In this document: in pieces, positions 44,985 through 61,966 of the stretch
How the letters are laid out: every line of letters begins with the position of its first letter
Position numbering within the stretch: the first letter of the stretch is position 1
Origin: the human T2T-CHM13v2.0 reference genome, Homo sapiens
Length of the DNA: 64,000 nucleotides
Assembly (NCBI RefSeq): GCF_009914755.1
Contig: NC_060925.1
Strand: one strand, 5' to 3'
Program-made: the position numbers and the translations under genes
Notes under the pieces: generated by a model
Databases searched by the model: none
What the model saw: only the letters and a program-made list of their open reading frames with translations
What the model was told of the DNA's origin: nothing

Positions 44985-45074
44985 AGACCTTACATGACCC
45001 TTGGAACACTTCGAGATCAAGTGATATATCCAGATGGACGAGAAGATCAGAAAAGGAAGGGAATTTCTGACCTA
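44985..45074 (+). CDS. ABCD3: ABCD3 exon 19 (90 nt) RPYMTLGTLRDQVIYPDGREDQKRKGISDL
   Basis: tgtcag| ... CTA|gtaagg. Confidence 0.97.
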
Positions 45075-45534
45075 GTAAGGGAATGTTTATATCCTAGATC
45101 CACTGAAAATACTCCAGATTATTTATTTTAATCAATTAAGTATTTTAAATGCCAGGTAGTTTATCTTAAGCTGTAAAGCCTTCCAAAGCTGTAAATTGTG
45201 ATTTTCTAAGCTGAGGTAAGATGTTAATCCCTTGGCTTAAAAAGAGTTTAATCTTAACCTTTACACCATTGTTTGTTTTCTCATTGCCATCATCCTTTTA
45301 CTGTGTACAATAGTGTTATTCTCTTTAAGCTACTAGACATATTTTGTCAAGTTTGGTGTAGATACTAGGAGCTGAAAGGTTCAGGGCTACCTTGTGCCAC
45401 ATTCTTTTCTGAAATGTATCTTTTAAGTGGTACAGACAATAGAATTATAGTGATTCCAGTTTAAAAAATAAACCACTATTAAGAATGTTGGCTTATATTA
45501 AGTTTAATTTCATCTTTAATCATTTTGCTGAAAG

Positions 45535-45654
45535 GTACTGAAGGAATACTTAGACAATGTCCAGTTGGGTCATATCCTTGAACGTGAAGGAGGCTGGGAC
45601 AGTGTTCAGGATTGGATGGACGTACTCAGTGGTGGAGAAAAGCAAAGAATGGCG
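45535..45654 (+). CDS. ABCD3: ABCD3 exon 20 (120 nt) [40 protein letters not shown] (ABC signature)
   Basis: gctgaaag| ... GCG|gtaagt. Confidence 0.97.
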
Positions 45655-46280
45655 GTAAGTATACTGTGAAGAAGTTGCACAAGAATGCAACTGGTTCCAG
45701 CATTTTGATTAATCAGGACACAAAGTTTCATCTTATATTTTTTTATTCAGCAGCTGTTTCAGTATGGATTAGTTTAAATTATCATAAAAGTGCTTGAAAA
45801 TCTTTAACTTGCATGTAAATTTGGAATTCTGAAAAATTCATAAATACCCTGCCAGTATCTATGAAAGGAAAAGCTGCAGATCCGACTATATACCAATAAT
45901 CCATTTTTCTAAAAGTTCAGAGAAACACTGTAGCTCATTATTCCTGGGATATAAGGTAATCCTGGCTGGGTTATGAAATTTCTTCTCATGTCTCTTCCCT
46001 ATAGACATCTCTTTTGTATCACTCAGGCTATTCTTTCTGAAATAGCTGAAGGTATTAGAAACGATCCATTCAAATTTTATCTTTATTCTGTTCTTGCCCT
46101 TTTCCTCCACTATTATATGTATGTTTTTGTTTCAAGGTTCAGTATCTACTACTTAAAGTTACTTAGAATTTTTAAGTTTTCCTAATATAAACAAGCATTT
46201 GAAAGAAACTACTTTAATTGTTATGATGACTAAACTTGTCTCAAACCAAAAATATGCGCTAAACACTACGTAGTAAGAAT

Positions 46281-46505
46281 GAGACCAGCCTGGGCAACAT
46301 AGCAAGACCCTTTCTCTACAAAAAAAAATTTAAAAATTATCTGGGCGTAGTGGCACACACCTATAGTCCTAGCTACTGGGAGGCGGAAAGATTGCTTGAG
46401 CCCAGGAGTTTGAGGCTGCATTGGGCTGTGATCACACACCGTGGTACTCCAGGCTGGGCGATAGAAGGAGATCGTCTCTCTAAAAATAAATAAATAAATA
46501 AAAAT
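46281..46505 (+). mobile_element. 5'-truncated AluJ
   Basis: gagaccagcctgggcaacatagcaagaccc...(taaa)n tail. Confidence 0.9.
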
Positions 46506-47196
46506 TTAAAAAGAACGGTAGTTTGGGTACCTTGTCAAGAGGGGCAACTTCATAAAGAGTCATTTTTTAACTATATATTTCATAGTTTGAATAGATCCAA
46601 GCAAGAGATTCTCCTCTCCCCCTGCAGAGTATGGAGATTAGAGAAAACTGTAGCTAAGGAAAGAAAGCAAAAGAAATTGGCTTATGGCAGAATTTCTGAC
46701 CCATTATATTCAGGTTATATTCCACCTTTTTGTTACCTCCGAGTCCCTGATTTTGCAAGTTGTTTTTCCCAAAATCATACCCACTCTACATGAGGTTAAT
46801 ATTAACCTAATAGTGTGACTTGCCTGGCTAGTGCTATAACGTGAGATGAATCTAGTGTGAAGAGTAAATCATAAATGAGAGAGATAATAGCTATATTCAA
46901 AATGGAAATTAGGCTGAAGGAGTGAAAATTTGAAATGATTAGGCATTTCTAGAGTCAATTTAGAAGATGACTATAGAAATAACTGCAAAAAAGAGCTGCA
47001 AAATAACTTTAAATTTCTGTACTATGTCTTCAGAGAAAATGGAAGGATGTGGTTCAGAAATGGACACGACGGAAACTCAGAGAATGAATAATGAATGTAC
47101 TTAAACCAAGGAACAGTGTGTGTGTGGTATAAAAGTACAGGAGGGATAATTTTGATTTGAAGATTAGGAATTCAAAGGCGTGCCCAGAGCAGTGGG

Positions 47197-47324
47197 GGGC
47201 TGAGGCGGGAGAATCACTTCAACCCGGGAGGCATAGGCTGCAGTGAGCCAAGATCATGCCACTACACTCTAGCCAGGGCAACAGAGCAAGACTCTGTCTC
47301 AAAAGAAAAAAAAAAAAAAAAAAA
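47197..47324 (+). mobile_element. Alu right-arm fragment
   Basis: ggctgaggcgggagaatcactt...poly-A. Confidence 0.88.
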
Positions 47325-48450
47325 CACATGATCCATAATAGAGGCGTTTGGGAAATGGGGAAAGCTCACCTGTGACACCACTGCATATATAACTGGAGCA
47401 TGGCCAAGCCATTGTCTAGAGAATTGAATGTGATGTGTAAAAGAGAGCCTGTTGTTTTGTTTCAGAGGGTGGAAAGGAGAAGGCTAACGCTACAAATACT
47501 AACGTTGGTGAAATTAGGTAAAGATTATATATGTGTATTCATTTTACTGTCCTTTCAGTTTTTTGGTAGGATTGAAAATTACCAAAGTAGAAAGTTGAGG
47601 GGAAAGTAGGTATTAGAATTTTTAGGAAGAACAGACCTAAAAGGCCTAGCCACTTAGAACAGTGAGTCAGCCAGGGTTGCTCCAGCTAATGTCACAATTT
47701 GGGATATCTTGTGTTTCTGACCAAAAGTTATCTTTTCCACTCCATTTTTCTTGCTCTTCCTATTTAGTAATAACTTTTCTTATTTTGAATTATGAAAAAG
47801 TATATATGATGGAAAAGTGGAATATTTATTTAAGTATAAATTGGGCCAAACCCCTTTACCAGAGATACCACTGTTATAAAATTTTTAGTGTTTTTTTAAT
47901 CCATTTTTGTAAATCTTTTTTTTTTTTTACCTTAAATTAGCAACTATCCCCCTTTCTCAAATTCCCTGAGATCTCTAGAATATTAATCCTTCCCTTTCCT
48001 TACAATTGTTCAGTCCTTTTCTGTCTCTGCCTCCTTTCCTGTCCAGTACAGACTTCATAATCCAGGGTGTGGCCCATAGGAGATAAGATATATTTCTTAA
48101 GGAATGAACAGTTCATCCCTTCCCCTTAACTTCCTTTCCCACTTTTTGTGTCATCGTATTACCTAAATCCCAGCCCAGTTATTTGCCTTGGCACTTCTCT
48201 AACCGCTCTTCTGAGCACAGCTAAAAAACATCAGATGGGCTCACAGCATGGCTTAGCAATCATTTTACTTATTTTTATCCTTCTCTCATTTTTCATGACA
48301 ATCATTTTAAAACTACCAATTTTGGGTTTTCTACCCCGTTACTTAACCCACTGCACTTGGCAGAATAACTCGCCTTCTACTTTTCAAAGAAAGATAGGCT
48401 ATTATTTCAATTAAATGACAGCTAATTTTTATTGAGTGCTGAAAAGATGA

Positions 48451-48852
<402 letters not shown>

Positions 48853-48981
48853 TGAACTTTTGTGCAATTCAGTAGCTGGCCAAGCAAAGACAGCTAGTAA
48901 ATGTTAAAGCTGGTGGTGGGGGCTTTGTCAGGCTTAGGCAAGCAGTATGGCTGCAGTGTGCATATGCTTATTCACTTTACA

Positions 48982-49210
48982 ACAAGCTTGTCCAACCTGT
49001 GGCTCACGGACACATGCAGCCCAGGACAGCTTTGAATGCAACCTAACACAAATTCATAAACTTTCTTAAAATCTTATGAGATTTTTTTGTGTGTGTAATT
49101 TTTTTTAAGCTCATCAGATATCGTTAGTGGTAGTGTATTTTATGTGTGGCCCAAGACAATTCTTATTCTTCCAGTGTGGCCCAGGGAAACCAAAAAATTG
49201 GACACTCCTG
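48982..49210. mobile_element. MER30 (hAT-Charlie)
   Basis: tgtccaacct...cccaggacagctttgaatgc...gtgtggcccaagacaattctt...gtggcccagggaa.ccaaaa.attggacac. Confidence 0.85.
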
Positions 49211-49843
49211 CTTTACAACTTTCTTGTATTGTGGCATTAAGTAGCTGACAGCATAGTGGGAGCGAGAGAGACACATGTTGAGAAAATGTCCATGTCATGT
49301 AGTAAGTGTGGTGATGAATGTACGCAGAGAGTCCTTTGGGAGCAGAGAGGAGAGGCATTGGTGGAATGCCCTCAGATAACCATTCCTCTTAATTAACTGT
49401 GTGCTGCTCTGTCCTGACCTCCCTACTTCCGCTGTCTTGGAGGATATGTCATCCTTCTTGAGAAAGGCAAATACTTCCATCTATGTTTATGGAGCCTCTG
49501 TCTTCTGACTTTATCACATCCTTTTCCTTCAGTTATATCCCCTCCCGCAGCCCCCACCTACATTTAACCTCTTCTAGTCCTTCTCTTGTGGAAAGACATT
49601 TTTCAGGTCTCTTTGATCTAAAAAGCAAACTCTGCCTTAGCCAAAGCTTCTCTGTGATCTGTACCTTTCATTTTCTGCACAGTTGAACTTCTTCATAGTC
49701 TATACTTGCTGCCTCCCCTTCCTCACTTCATGCAAACAGGTGGAAAGCTGTTTTAGTCATTCATTTATTAGATAGTTGAATGCTACCCATATATAAGTGT
49801 CAAGTACATGGTAGTGATTAAAACAGTCTCTGCTTTTCTGAAT

Positions 49844-50433
49844 TTTTTTTTTTTTTTTGAGGCAGTCTCACTGTTTCACCTAGGCTGGAGTGCAGTGGCA
49901 CAATCTTGGCTCACTGCAACCTTCACCTCTCAGGTACAAGTGATTCTTTTTTTTTTTTTTTTTTTTTTTTGAGACAAAGTCTCACTCTGTTGCCGAAGCT
50001 GGAGTACACTGGCACGATCTCAGCTTACTATAACCTCCACCTCCTGGGTTCAAGCGATTCTCCTGCCTCAGCCTCCTGAGTAGCTGGGACTACAGGCACG
50101 CATCACCATGCCCAGCTAATTTTTGTATTTTTAGTAGAGACAGGGTTTCACTATGTTGGCCAGGCTTGTCTTGAACTCCTAACCTTGTGATCTGCCTGCC
50201 TCAGCCTCCCAAAGTGCTGGGATTACAGGCGTGAGCTGCTGCGCCCGGCCAGGTACAAGCAATTCTTGTTCCTCAGCCTCCCAGGTAGCTGGGACTACAG
50301 GTATGCACCACCATGACTGGCTAATTTTTGTATTTTTAGTAGATACGAGGTTTCACCATGTTGGCCAGGCTAGTCTCGAACTCCTAGCCTCAAGTGATCT
50401 GCCCTCCTCAGCCCCACAAAGTGCTGGGATTAT
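49844..50433 (-). mobile_element. Nested Alus: younger Alu (49947-50250) inside an older AluS
   Basis: Duplicated target caggtacaag(tg/ca)attctt at about 49931 and 50250. Confidence 0.92.
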
Positions 50434-50449
50434 ATATGAAGTGCTTCAG

Positions 50450-51200
50450 AGGTGTTACAGAAAGGACCCACTTGGATTGTGGCTAGGGATGAGGGTAGGT
50501 TTGCCTGAGATGACATTATAAGCAGAAATCTGAAAGCTCTAAGGAACAGAATAAGGCATTTGAGACATCAGAAAAGAATGATGTGTGTTTAAGGCTCTAA
50601 GGTGTAAAGCACCTTGTTCCTAGCAGTTGAGAGGAGGCGGTGTTGGCTAGAATGTTGGGGTTAGAGCGTGAGTAGAAATAAGATTGTGCAGGTCTTGTAG
50701 ACTGTGGTAAGGAGTTTGAGTTTTAAGTGAAATGGGAAGTTGTTGAAGGGTTTTAAGCCAGAGAGTGAAGTTCCCTGATTGACATTTGTGAAAGATGTTC
50801 TCTGGTTACATGGAGAGTGGACTGGAGAGGAGCAGCAGAAGTGGTAGGAGGCTACTTGTAGTCTATCCAGACAGGAGATGAGTGTGCTCTGGGCTAAGGG
50901 CATGTTTGTGGAGATGAGGAAAAGTGAGTGAACTTGAAACTTCACATTTCTTTCTTGAATGGACTTTTTAGTTCATTTTAAAAATAGCTGTGGGAGAGTG
51001 AAAGGGAAGAGGAAAAGGGAAGGACCAGACCAGGGAGGACTCCTGGCTTTCTAGCTGGAGCAACTGTTTGATAGTTTCATTTGCTGAAGTGTTCAAGATT
51101 AGGGAAGGGAATGGATTTTAGAGGGAAAATCTAGAAATTACATTTGAGTTTTAGACTTTTAACGTTTGAGAGTCCTGTGAGATACCCAAGTAGAAACTCA
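50450..51200. mobile_element. Degenerate L2 fragment
   Basis: ggtaaggagtttgagtttta..tgaaatgggaag..gttgaagggttttaagc...ggaggctact.gtagt.tatccag. Confidence 0.65.
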
Positions 51201-51249
51201 AAGAGGAATTTTTATTTTTAATTTTTTAAATGTTTTAAATTTAAAATGT

Positions 51250-51551
51250 TTGTTTTTTGAGATAGCGTCTTGCTGTTTCAGCCAGGCTGGAGTGCAGTGG
51301 CCTGATCATAGCTCACTACAGCCTTGAGCCTTGACCTACTGGGCTCAAGCCCTCCTGTCTTAGCCTCCTGAGTAGTTGGAACCACAGATGAACACCACCA
51401 TGCTTGGCTAATTTTTTTTTTTTTTTTTTTTTAAGAGATGTGGTTTCCCTGTGTTGCCTGGGCTGGTTTCAAACTCCTGATCTCTAGCAATGGCTCCTGC
51501 GACAACCTCACAAAGTGCTGGGATTATAGGCGTGACCCACTGTGCCTGGCT
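51250..51551 (-). mobile_element. AluJ
   Basis: gatcatagctcactacagccttga; central poly-T. Confidence 0.9.
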
Positions 51552-52575
51552 GATATTTTTATATATCTGGAAATTTGAGAAGTATGAGTGAGAGATGCAT
51601 ATTGCAAGTTTATAAAATGTAAATAGTATTTGAAATCAGAAGATTGGATGAGATCACTGACAGAATACAGGAAAAAGAGGAGGAGACCTAGAAATTAGCC
51701 CTAAGGAGCTCCTGTATTTAATGGTCGAGTGAAGGAGAAAGTGCTAGAAAAGAAGCTGAGAAAGGATCCTCAGAAGTAGGAGGAAACTTAGGTGCATGGT
51801 TTCACTATCACTTTCTCAAGAAGGATGGAGTGGTCTTCTAAAGAGAATGTTGCAGAGAAGGTAAATTAAGGATAGAAGAGTGCCCCATTGGTCTTAAACA
51901 TGGAGATCTTGTCAGGGGGCAGATGACAAAAATTGGAATATCTGTTAGACAAAAGGTCAGAATAAACAATCCCCAGAAAATACATGGGAACATAAATGTA
52001 GGAAAATGTTCATCATTCCTGATAGTCAAAGAAATGTATGCTATAATTTTGATGTTAATTTTCATTTATAAAATTAGCAAAGGCTTAAAAAAATGAGCAC
52101 AACCAGAACTGACAATGGGGATATAAAACAGGTACAATAAAAATTATTGGTGAGAATATTAATTGGTACCATTACTTAAGCAACAAAATATTTAAAATAG
52201 AGACCTTTTTGCGTCGGAGTCATCTAGTCTGAATTCTGAGATTTGGTTAAAATATGTACTCTGTAATCTTATTTGTTTAGTGAGCTTTCTTTAATACTAG
52301 TTTGAAACTTCCTCTCTCATCAGTCTTAAGGTTTGTGTTTTACTTTGAGCAATTAGTATTTCCCATGAAGTACGTTTTTCCCTTTGTTCAGGATGACAGC
52401 AAAAACAGTTATGTTTATATTGTTTCTATTTCTGGGAAGTAGATTTTTTGAATTAGAATAATTTTTATACTTTTGATTTACAAGACTACAAATGCATATT
52501 TAACATAAGTTTGTTTCGGCTTACTAATTTTAGGTCTGCCTGTGTTTTACACAAAAAATTTTTTTTATGCTTCAG

Positions 52576-52680
52576 ATGGCAAGATTATTTTATCATAAAC
52601 CCCAGTTTGCCATTTTGGATGAATGCACAAGTGCAGTTAGTGTCGACGTGGAAGGCTACATTTATAGTCATTGTCGAAAG
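52576..52680 (+). CDS. ABCD3: ABCD3 exon 21 (105 nt) MARLFYHKPQFAILDECTSAVSVDVEGYIYSHCRK (Walker B, D-loop)
   Basis: ttcag| ... AAG|gtaagt; visible in ORF 52567..52779. Confidence 0.98.
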
Positions 52681-53245
52681 GTAAGTACGCAGGTGCTCAG
52701 TTTGAGGAGCCATGGCCTCCTACCTAGTGTAAACTATGTCCAAATCTGTCCAAAGAGAAGATTCCAGGTCACTAAGTAACAAAATTTCTACCAAAAGATT
52801 TCTTGTTTTAATAAAGATTTAAAACATATGAATAAAAGAAAAAGAATTATAAATACAGTTCTGTATATAATTCTCTTTATATATGGGAAATAGATTTAAA
52901 TATGTTGTTTTATATAAGTGAGATATAAAAGATATATATAAATGAGATACAAAAGATATCTCATTTATATATAAATGAGTTACAAAAGTTTTTAACTTTT
53001 ATGTTAAAAGATTTATTTATTTATTTTTTAATTTATTATTATTATACTTTAAGTTTTAGGGTACATGTGCAAAATGTGCAGGTTAGTTACATATGTATAC
53101 ATGTGCCATGCTGGTGCGCTGCACCCACTAACTCATCATCTAGCATTAGGTATATCTCCCAATGCTATCCCTCCCCCAGGCCCCCACCCCACAACAGTCC
53201 CCAGAGTGTGATGTTCCCCTTCCTGTGTCCATGTGTTCTCATTGT

Positions 53246-57070
<3,825 letters not shown>

Positions 57071-57133
57071 TATGATGTTAGCTGGTTATTTTGCTCGTTA
57101 GTTCATGCAGTTTCTTCCTAGTCTCGATGGTCT

Positions 57134-58150
57134 TTACATTTTGGCATGATTTTGCAGTGGCTGGTACCAGTTGTTCCTTTCCATGTTTAGTGCTTCCTTC
57201 AGGAGCTCTTTTAGGGCAGGCCCGGTGGTGACAAAATCTCTCAGCATTTGCTTGTCTGTAAAGTATTTTATTTCTCCTTTACTTATGAAGCTTAGTTTGG
57301 CTGGATATGAAATTCTGGGTTGAAAATTCTTTTCTTTAAGAATGTTGAATATTGTCCCCCACTCTCTTCTGGCTTGTAGGGTTTCTGCCGAGAGATCCGC
57401 TGTTAGTCTAATGGGCTTCCCTTTGTGGGTAACCCGACCTTTCTCTCTGGCTGCCCTTAATATTTTTTCCTTCATTTCAACTTTGGTGAATCTGACAATT
57501 ATGTGTCTTGGAGTTGCTCTTCTCGAGGAGTATCTTTGTGGTGTTCTCTGTATTTCCTGAATCTGAACGTTGGCCTGCCTTGCTAGACTGGGGAAGTTCT
57601 CCTGGATAATATCCTGCAGAGTGTTTTCCAACTTGGTTCCATTCTCCCCGTCACTTTCAGGTACACCAATCAGATGTAGATTTGGTCTTTTCACATAGTC
57701 CCATATTTCTTGGAGGCTTTGCTCGTTTCTGTTTGTTCTTTTTTCTCTAAACTTCCCTTCTCGCTTCATTTCATTCACTTCATCTTCCATCACTGATACC
57801 CTTTCTTCCAGTTGATCACATCGGCTCCTGAGGCTTCTGCATTCTTCACATAGTTCTTGAGCCTTGGTTTTCAGCTCCATCAGCTCCTTTAAGCACTTCT
57901 CTGTATTGGTTATTCTAGTTATACATTCTTCTAAACTTTTTTCAAAGTTTTCAGCTTCTTTGCCTTTGGTTTGAATTTCCTCCCGTAGCTCGGAGTAATT
58001 TGATCGTCTGAAGCCTTCTTCTCTCAGCTCGTCAAAGTCATTCTCCGTCCAGCTTTGTTCCGTTGCTGGTGAGGAACTGCGTTCCTTTGGAGGAGGAGAG
58101 GCGCTCTGCTTTTTAGAGTTTCCAGTTTTTCTGCTCTGTTTTTTCCCCAT
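57134..58150 (-). CDS. L1 ORF1p, open 338-aa frame
   Basis: MGKKQSRKTGNSK...REKG...YPAKLS...PLQNHAKM; no promoter retained, so expression is unlikely. Confidence 0.9.
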   Translation of the reverse strand: MGKKQSRKTGNSKKQSASPPPKERSSSPATEQSWTENDFDELREEGFRRSNYSELREEIQTKGKEAENFEKSLEECITRITNTEKCLKELMELKTKAQELCEECRSLRSRCDQLEERVSVMEDEVNEMKREGKFREKRTNRNEQSLQEIWDYVKRPNLHLIGVPESDGENGTKLENTLQDIIQENFPSLARQANVQIQEIQRTPQRYSSRRATPRHIIVRFTKVEMKEKILRAAREKGRVTHKGKPIRLTADLSAETLQARREWGTIFNILKEKNFQPRISYPAKLSFISKGEIKYFTDKQMLRDFVTTGPALKELLKEALNMERNNWYQPLQNHAKM

Positions 58151-58974
58151 CTTTGTGGTTTTATCTACTTTTGGTCTTTGGTGACCGTGATGTACAGATG
58201 GGTTTTTGGTGTGGATGTCCTTTCTGTTTGTTAGTTTTCCTTCTAACAGACAGGACCCTCACTACTGATTTCTTCTCTTCTTTCCTCCCTTTTTCCTTTT
58301 TTTCCTTCCTAAATGATATAGAAATTTTAGGTAGTCATGTAAAAGATATCTCATTGATATATAAATGAGATATAAAAGATACCTCATTTATGTAAAACAA
58401 CATATTTAAATCTCTTTATAATTCTCTTTATATATGGGAAATATATTTAAATATGTTGTTTTATATAAATGAGATATAAAAGATAAAAGATATAAAAGAT
58501 ACCTCATTTATATAAAACAACATATTTAAATCTATTTCACTTTACCTCATTACTTAGAGTTAATAAACTGACCTTTTCTTAATTTTTCCATTAACTTTAT
58601 CTAAACATTAGAGTTTTTTTATGAATAAAACTCAACAATAATTATTTGGCAATTTTTAATTTATCCGTTTTATTTTCTAGCCTGAGCAATATTTTACCAA
58701 AGCTGCTTTTAGTAGCTAAGTCTGAGGCTATCTTTATTGGTTCCATTCTTTAAGTAATTATTCAATAGTATCAGTTTTCTTTCTTTGAGAAATTGTTACC
58801 AACATCTATACTATGGTTAAATTTTGGAACAAATGTAGTATATCCTAGCTGTTTTATAGTTTCTATATAAGTAAATGAGGTAGATGAGGATTTTTAACAT
58901 TTTGTATGTGTTCTTTGGGAGTTCTCAATAAATAAAAAAGGTCATATTGAGTATATATATTATGAATTCCTACT

Positions 58975-59120
58975 ATTCCAAGTGTGTTCATGATCAGCAG
59001 CAGCAGTGTCACCTAGGGGTTTGTTAGAAATGCAGAATTTCAAGCCCTGCTAAATCAGAATCTGCATTTTACCAAAATTCTAAGATGATTCAAATGCGCA
59101 TTAAAGTTTGAGAAGCACTG
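58975..59120. mobile_element. MER5A-like
   Basis: cagcagcag..tcacct.ggg..ttgttagaaatgcagaat...aatcagaatctgcatttt...taaagtttgagaagcactg. Confidence 0.8.
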
Positions 59121-60214
59121 GCGTGATGATGAAAGAATTTGCTATTCTTTGTAGAAAGATTTTAACTACTGATTTTATCTTGTTAATGATTTATTTTCTA
59201 TTCTTGAATTTGCTTTGGTAATATATAATTATACATTTGTTCATGTTGGTTTTCAAATATATAGGTATTAGAGATGTTTATGGTATTCTCATGTACATAA
59301 AACCATGTAGTCTGCAGTTGATTCAATGACATAGCAGCTCTTTGCTGGTAATTTTGACCACGTGATTTCCTCTTATGCTCTAGCTATAGGCTTGAAGTCC
59401 CCACATAAGACTGTATAAATTCTATAAAACATCAGTTCCATTTAAAAGAAAATTCATATGGGGCCTCATTGATAATTTAAATTACTGTGATACCACTTAA
59501 ACATGTATAAACATGATGAGGTGTGAATTCCTTAAGCTTAGAGCTCTTTTACAGCTACAAAACTAATATAAACTTACACATTAAATACATTAAATACAGA
59601 CAAAACTTAAATACAGTTTCAAATTTACAACATTAAAGAGACCTATGATACCGTTTAGATGAAACTAAACCAGTGGTTTGGGATTTAATTAAGGAAAGAT
59701 AGAATCTGAGGTTCAAATTTCATTATTTTGCATTTTGCTTTTTATTTTGACTTATATACTTCATATATTTTTTATATCCTCATGTAAAGAATGTGTGCAT
59801 TAAGTAGATGTCTAATCCAATTATTGTAGTATCATAAACAGAGAAATAATATCTTAAATGAGCTCTGAAAAATCAGAAAAGTGTGGTATGGTTGAAATAT
59901 ATGTTTTATTAATACTGATAATATGCTTATTTTATTATGCAATTCCTAACCAATTTAAGAACCTTTTTACAGTGCAGCCAAACTTATTACACATTAGAAG
60001 TTTTATTTTATATCACTTTGGCAATCAGAGGTGTAGATACAAACCGAGGAACTTGAATCTCATGGTAAAAATGATCTAGAATATACTTATAATGATCTTT
60101 TAAAAATTATCATCAAAATGAAAATAAAATTAAGAAACCATGGTGGAAATTTCCCAGATGCCCTAAGCATGCATTTGCCAGCCTTGAGTGATCCACTTGG
60201 AGGAACAGTGACCC

Positions 60215-60447
60215 AGAGTGGGGTTTCTCAGTCCTGGCACTATTGACCTTTTCACTGTTAATTCCTAGTTGGGCAGGGTTGAGGGTTGCTGTGCACTGGA
60301 GGATGTTTAGAAAGCATCCCTGGCCTCTGCCCATTAGATGGCAGTAGTGCTTTCAGTTGTGAAAATAAAAATGCCTCCAGTCATTGCCAAATGTCCCCCT
60401 GAGGGACAAATATCACTGACCTCCCCACCTTGGTTGAGAACCACTGA
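60215..60447. mobile_element. MER20
   Basis: tttctca.tcctggcactattgac...ggatgtttag.agcatccctggcctct.ccca.tagatg...cattgccaaatgtcccc...ggttgagaaccactg. Confidence 0.85.
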
Positions 60448-61183
60448 TCTAGAGCAACTACAGCTATTATCTATTAATGTTTTTTTTTTTTTGAAAATCT
60501 GAAGTACAGATCTATAAATACGTATTCACAATCTGAAATCCAGAAAGTGCTTAAATTTAAAACATTTTTCATAATTTTGTAGCAAGCTCACTGGGTAAAA
60601 CTTCACCTAAGCTAACAAAAGATATTTAAACTCTATATGTCTCAATATCAGTGTCCATGTGTGTTGCTACAGAAACATTTATGTGTTTAATTATAAAATT
60701 CTGCCTCAGAACTCTCTGGGGGTGTTAAATAATACATTTTCAAAATCTGAATTCCAAGACACATTCCAAAACAGTAGTTTACGGTAGGGGATTATGACCC
60801 TGTATTTGAAAAGCAAGTTGACTGTCAACAATGCTATACTGATTTAATTTTTCCTGATTTTGACCTTTGGCTATTTTTATCCTTCTCATATTCCTCTCAT
60901 ATATTTTTCACAATAAAATAGGAGACATGATAGGAGATATGTTTTTTGCCCAAAAGAAAATAATACACTTAATGCCAGTACCTGGTAGTTTTTATTATGT
61001 GGTTGATGGCCAGTACTTTCCATTGCTATAAACATTTTGCATCCAGTTGTAAATTTTTTCTCATTGACATTGCTTTTTAACTTTAGTCACTGAAGACTGT
61101 CCTCTTAACAGCTTAAAGTACATGGACTAGTTTAATTTGTGACTCTGTTACTGATTAAACCTAAATCATTTTCTTTGTATTAG

Positions 61184-61240
61184 GTTGGCATCACTCTCTT
61201 CACTGTGTCTCATAGGAAATCTCTTTGGAAACATCATGAG
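61184..61240 (+). CDS. ABCD3: ABCD3 exon 22 (57 nt) VGITLFTVSHRKSLWKHHE (H-loop)
   Basis: attag| ... GAG|gtttgt. Confidence 0.96.
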
Positions 61241-61845
61241 GTTTGTATTTCTTTCATTGAATGGTACAGTGAAATTTTATTTTCTTTAAAATATGAATTC
61301 AGGTTAATATGGTTTTAGATTTTATGGTTTGTATTCCCTTAAACATATGTCTTAAGGAGAAAAGGTGGTTTTGTTTTATAAAATAGGATTTTCTTAAATA
61401 TTATAGTTGTCAGTTTTGAAAGCAATGGTGTAACAGTTTTTCTCCAGTTTTATAAGTGACTCTTATCTGTTAATAGTAACTGACTAAACTTTGCATAGTC
61501 TTATCACAAATATGGTGAAGTAAACTTTTCTTATCCAGCAGTGACAGAGGAGAAAAAGTCTTAAGAAGAATTAGATGGCAAAAAATTTAGGGACATTTTT
61601 AATAGAGGTCAGGACTACAAGGGGGAAGATTGAATAACATAAGCTATGTTTATCAATGTACTGTAGTAAGTAGGATTCATTAGATAGTCACTATAATTTA
61701 CAAAGATATTCAAATGAGGCTTACATTGGTGCACGTGTATTACTTATTCTGGTGCTTCAGTAGTGCCATTCTCACTATGTCAGTTCTTTTCAACTCAATG
61801 TGAAATGCTCAAAACCTGAAAGTAAACCCAGTTTAATTCTCTTTA

Positions 61846-61966
61846 TTTTCTTTCCTCCTCCCTCCCTCCCTCCCTTCCTTTCTTCCTTCCTTTCTTTTCT
61901 TCTTTCCTTTCTGTCTTTCCCCCTTCCCTCTTTCCTTTCTTCTCTTCTTTCCTTCTTTTCCTTCCT
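61846..61966. repeat. CT-rich low-complexity tract (CCCT/CCTT/CTTT)
   Basis: About 120 nt almost purely pyrimidine on +. Confidence 0.9.

Noticed and set aside
58200-58260. L1 as a spliced integrated retroelement (SpIRE)
   Set aside because: The 5' end is near but apparently not at the known 5' UTR splice acceptor, and no L1 first ~97 nt are joined to it; the adjoining sequence is locally templated
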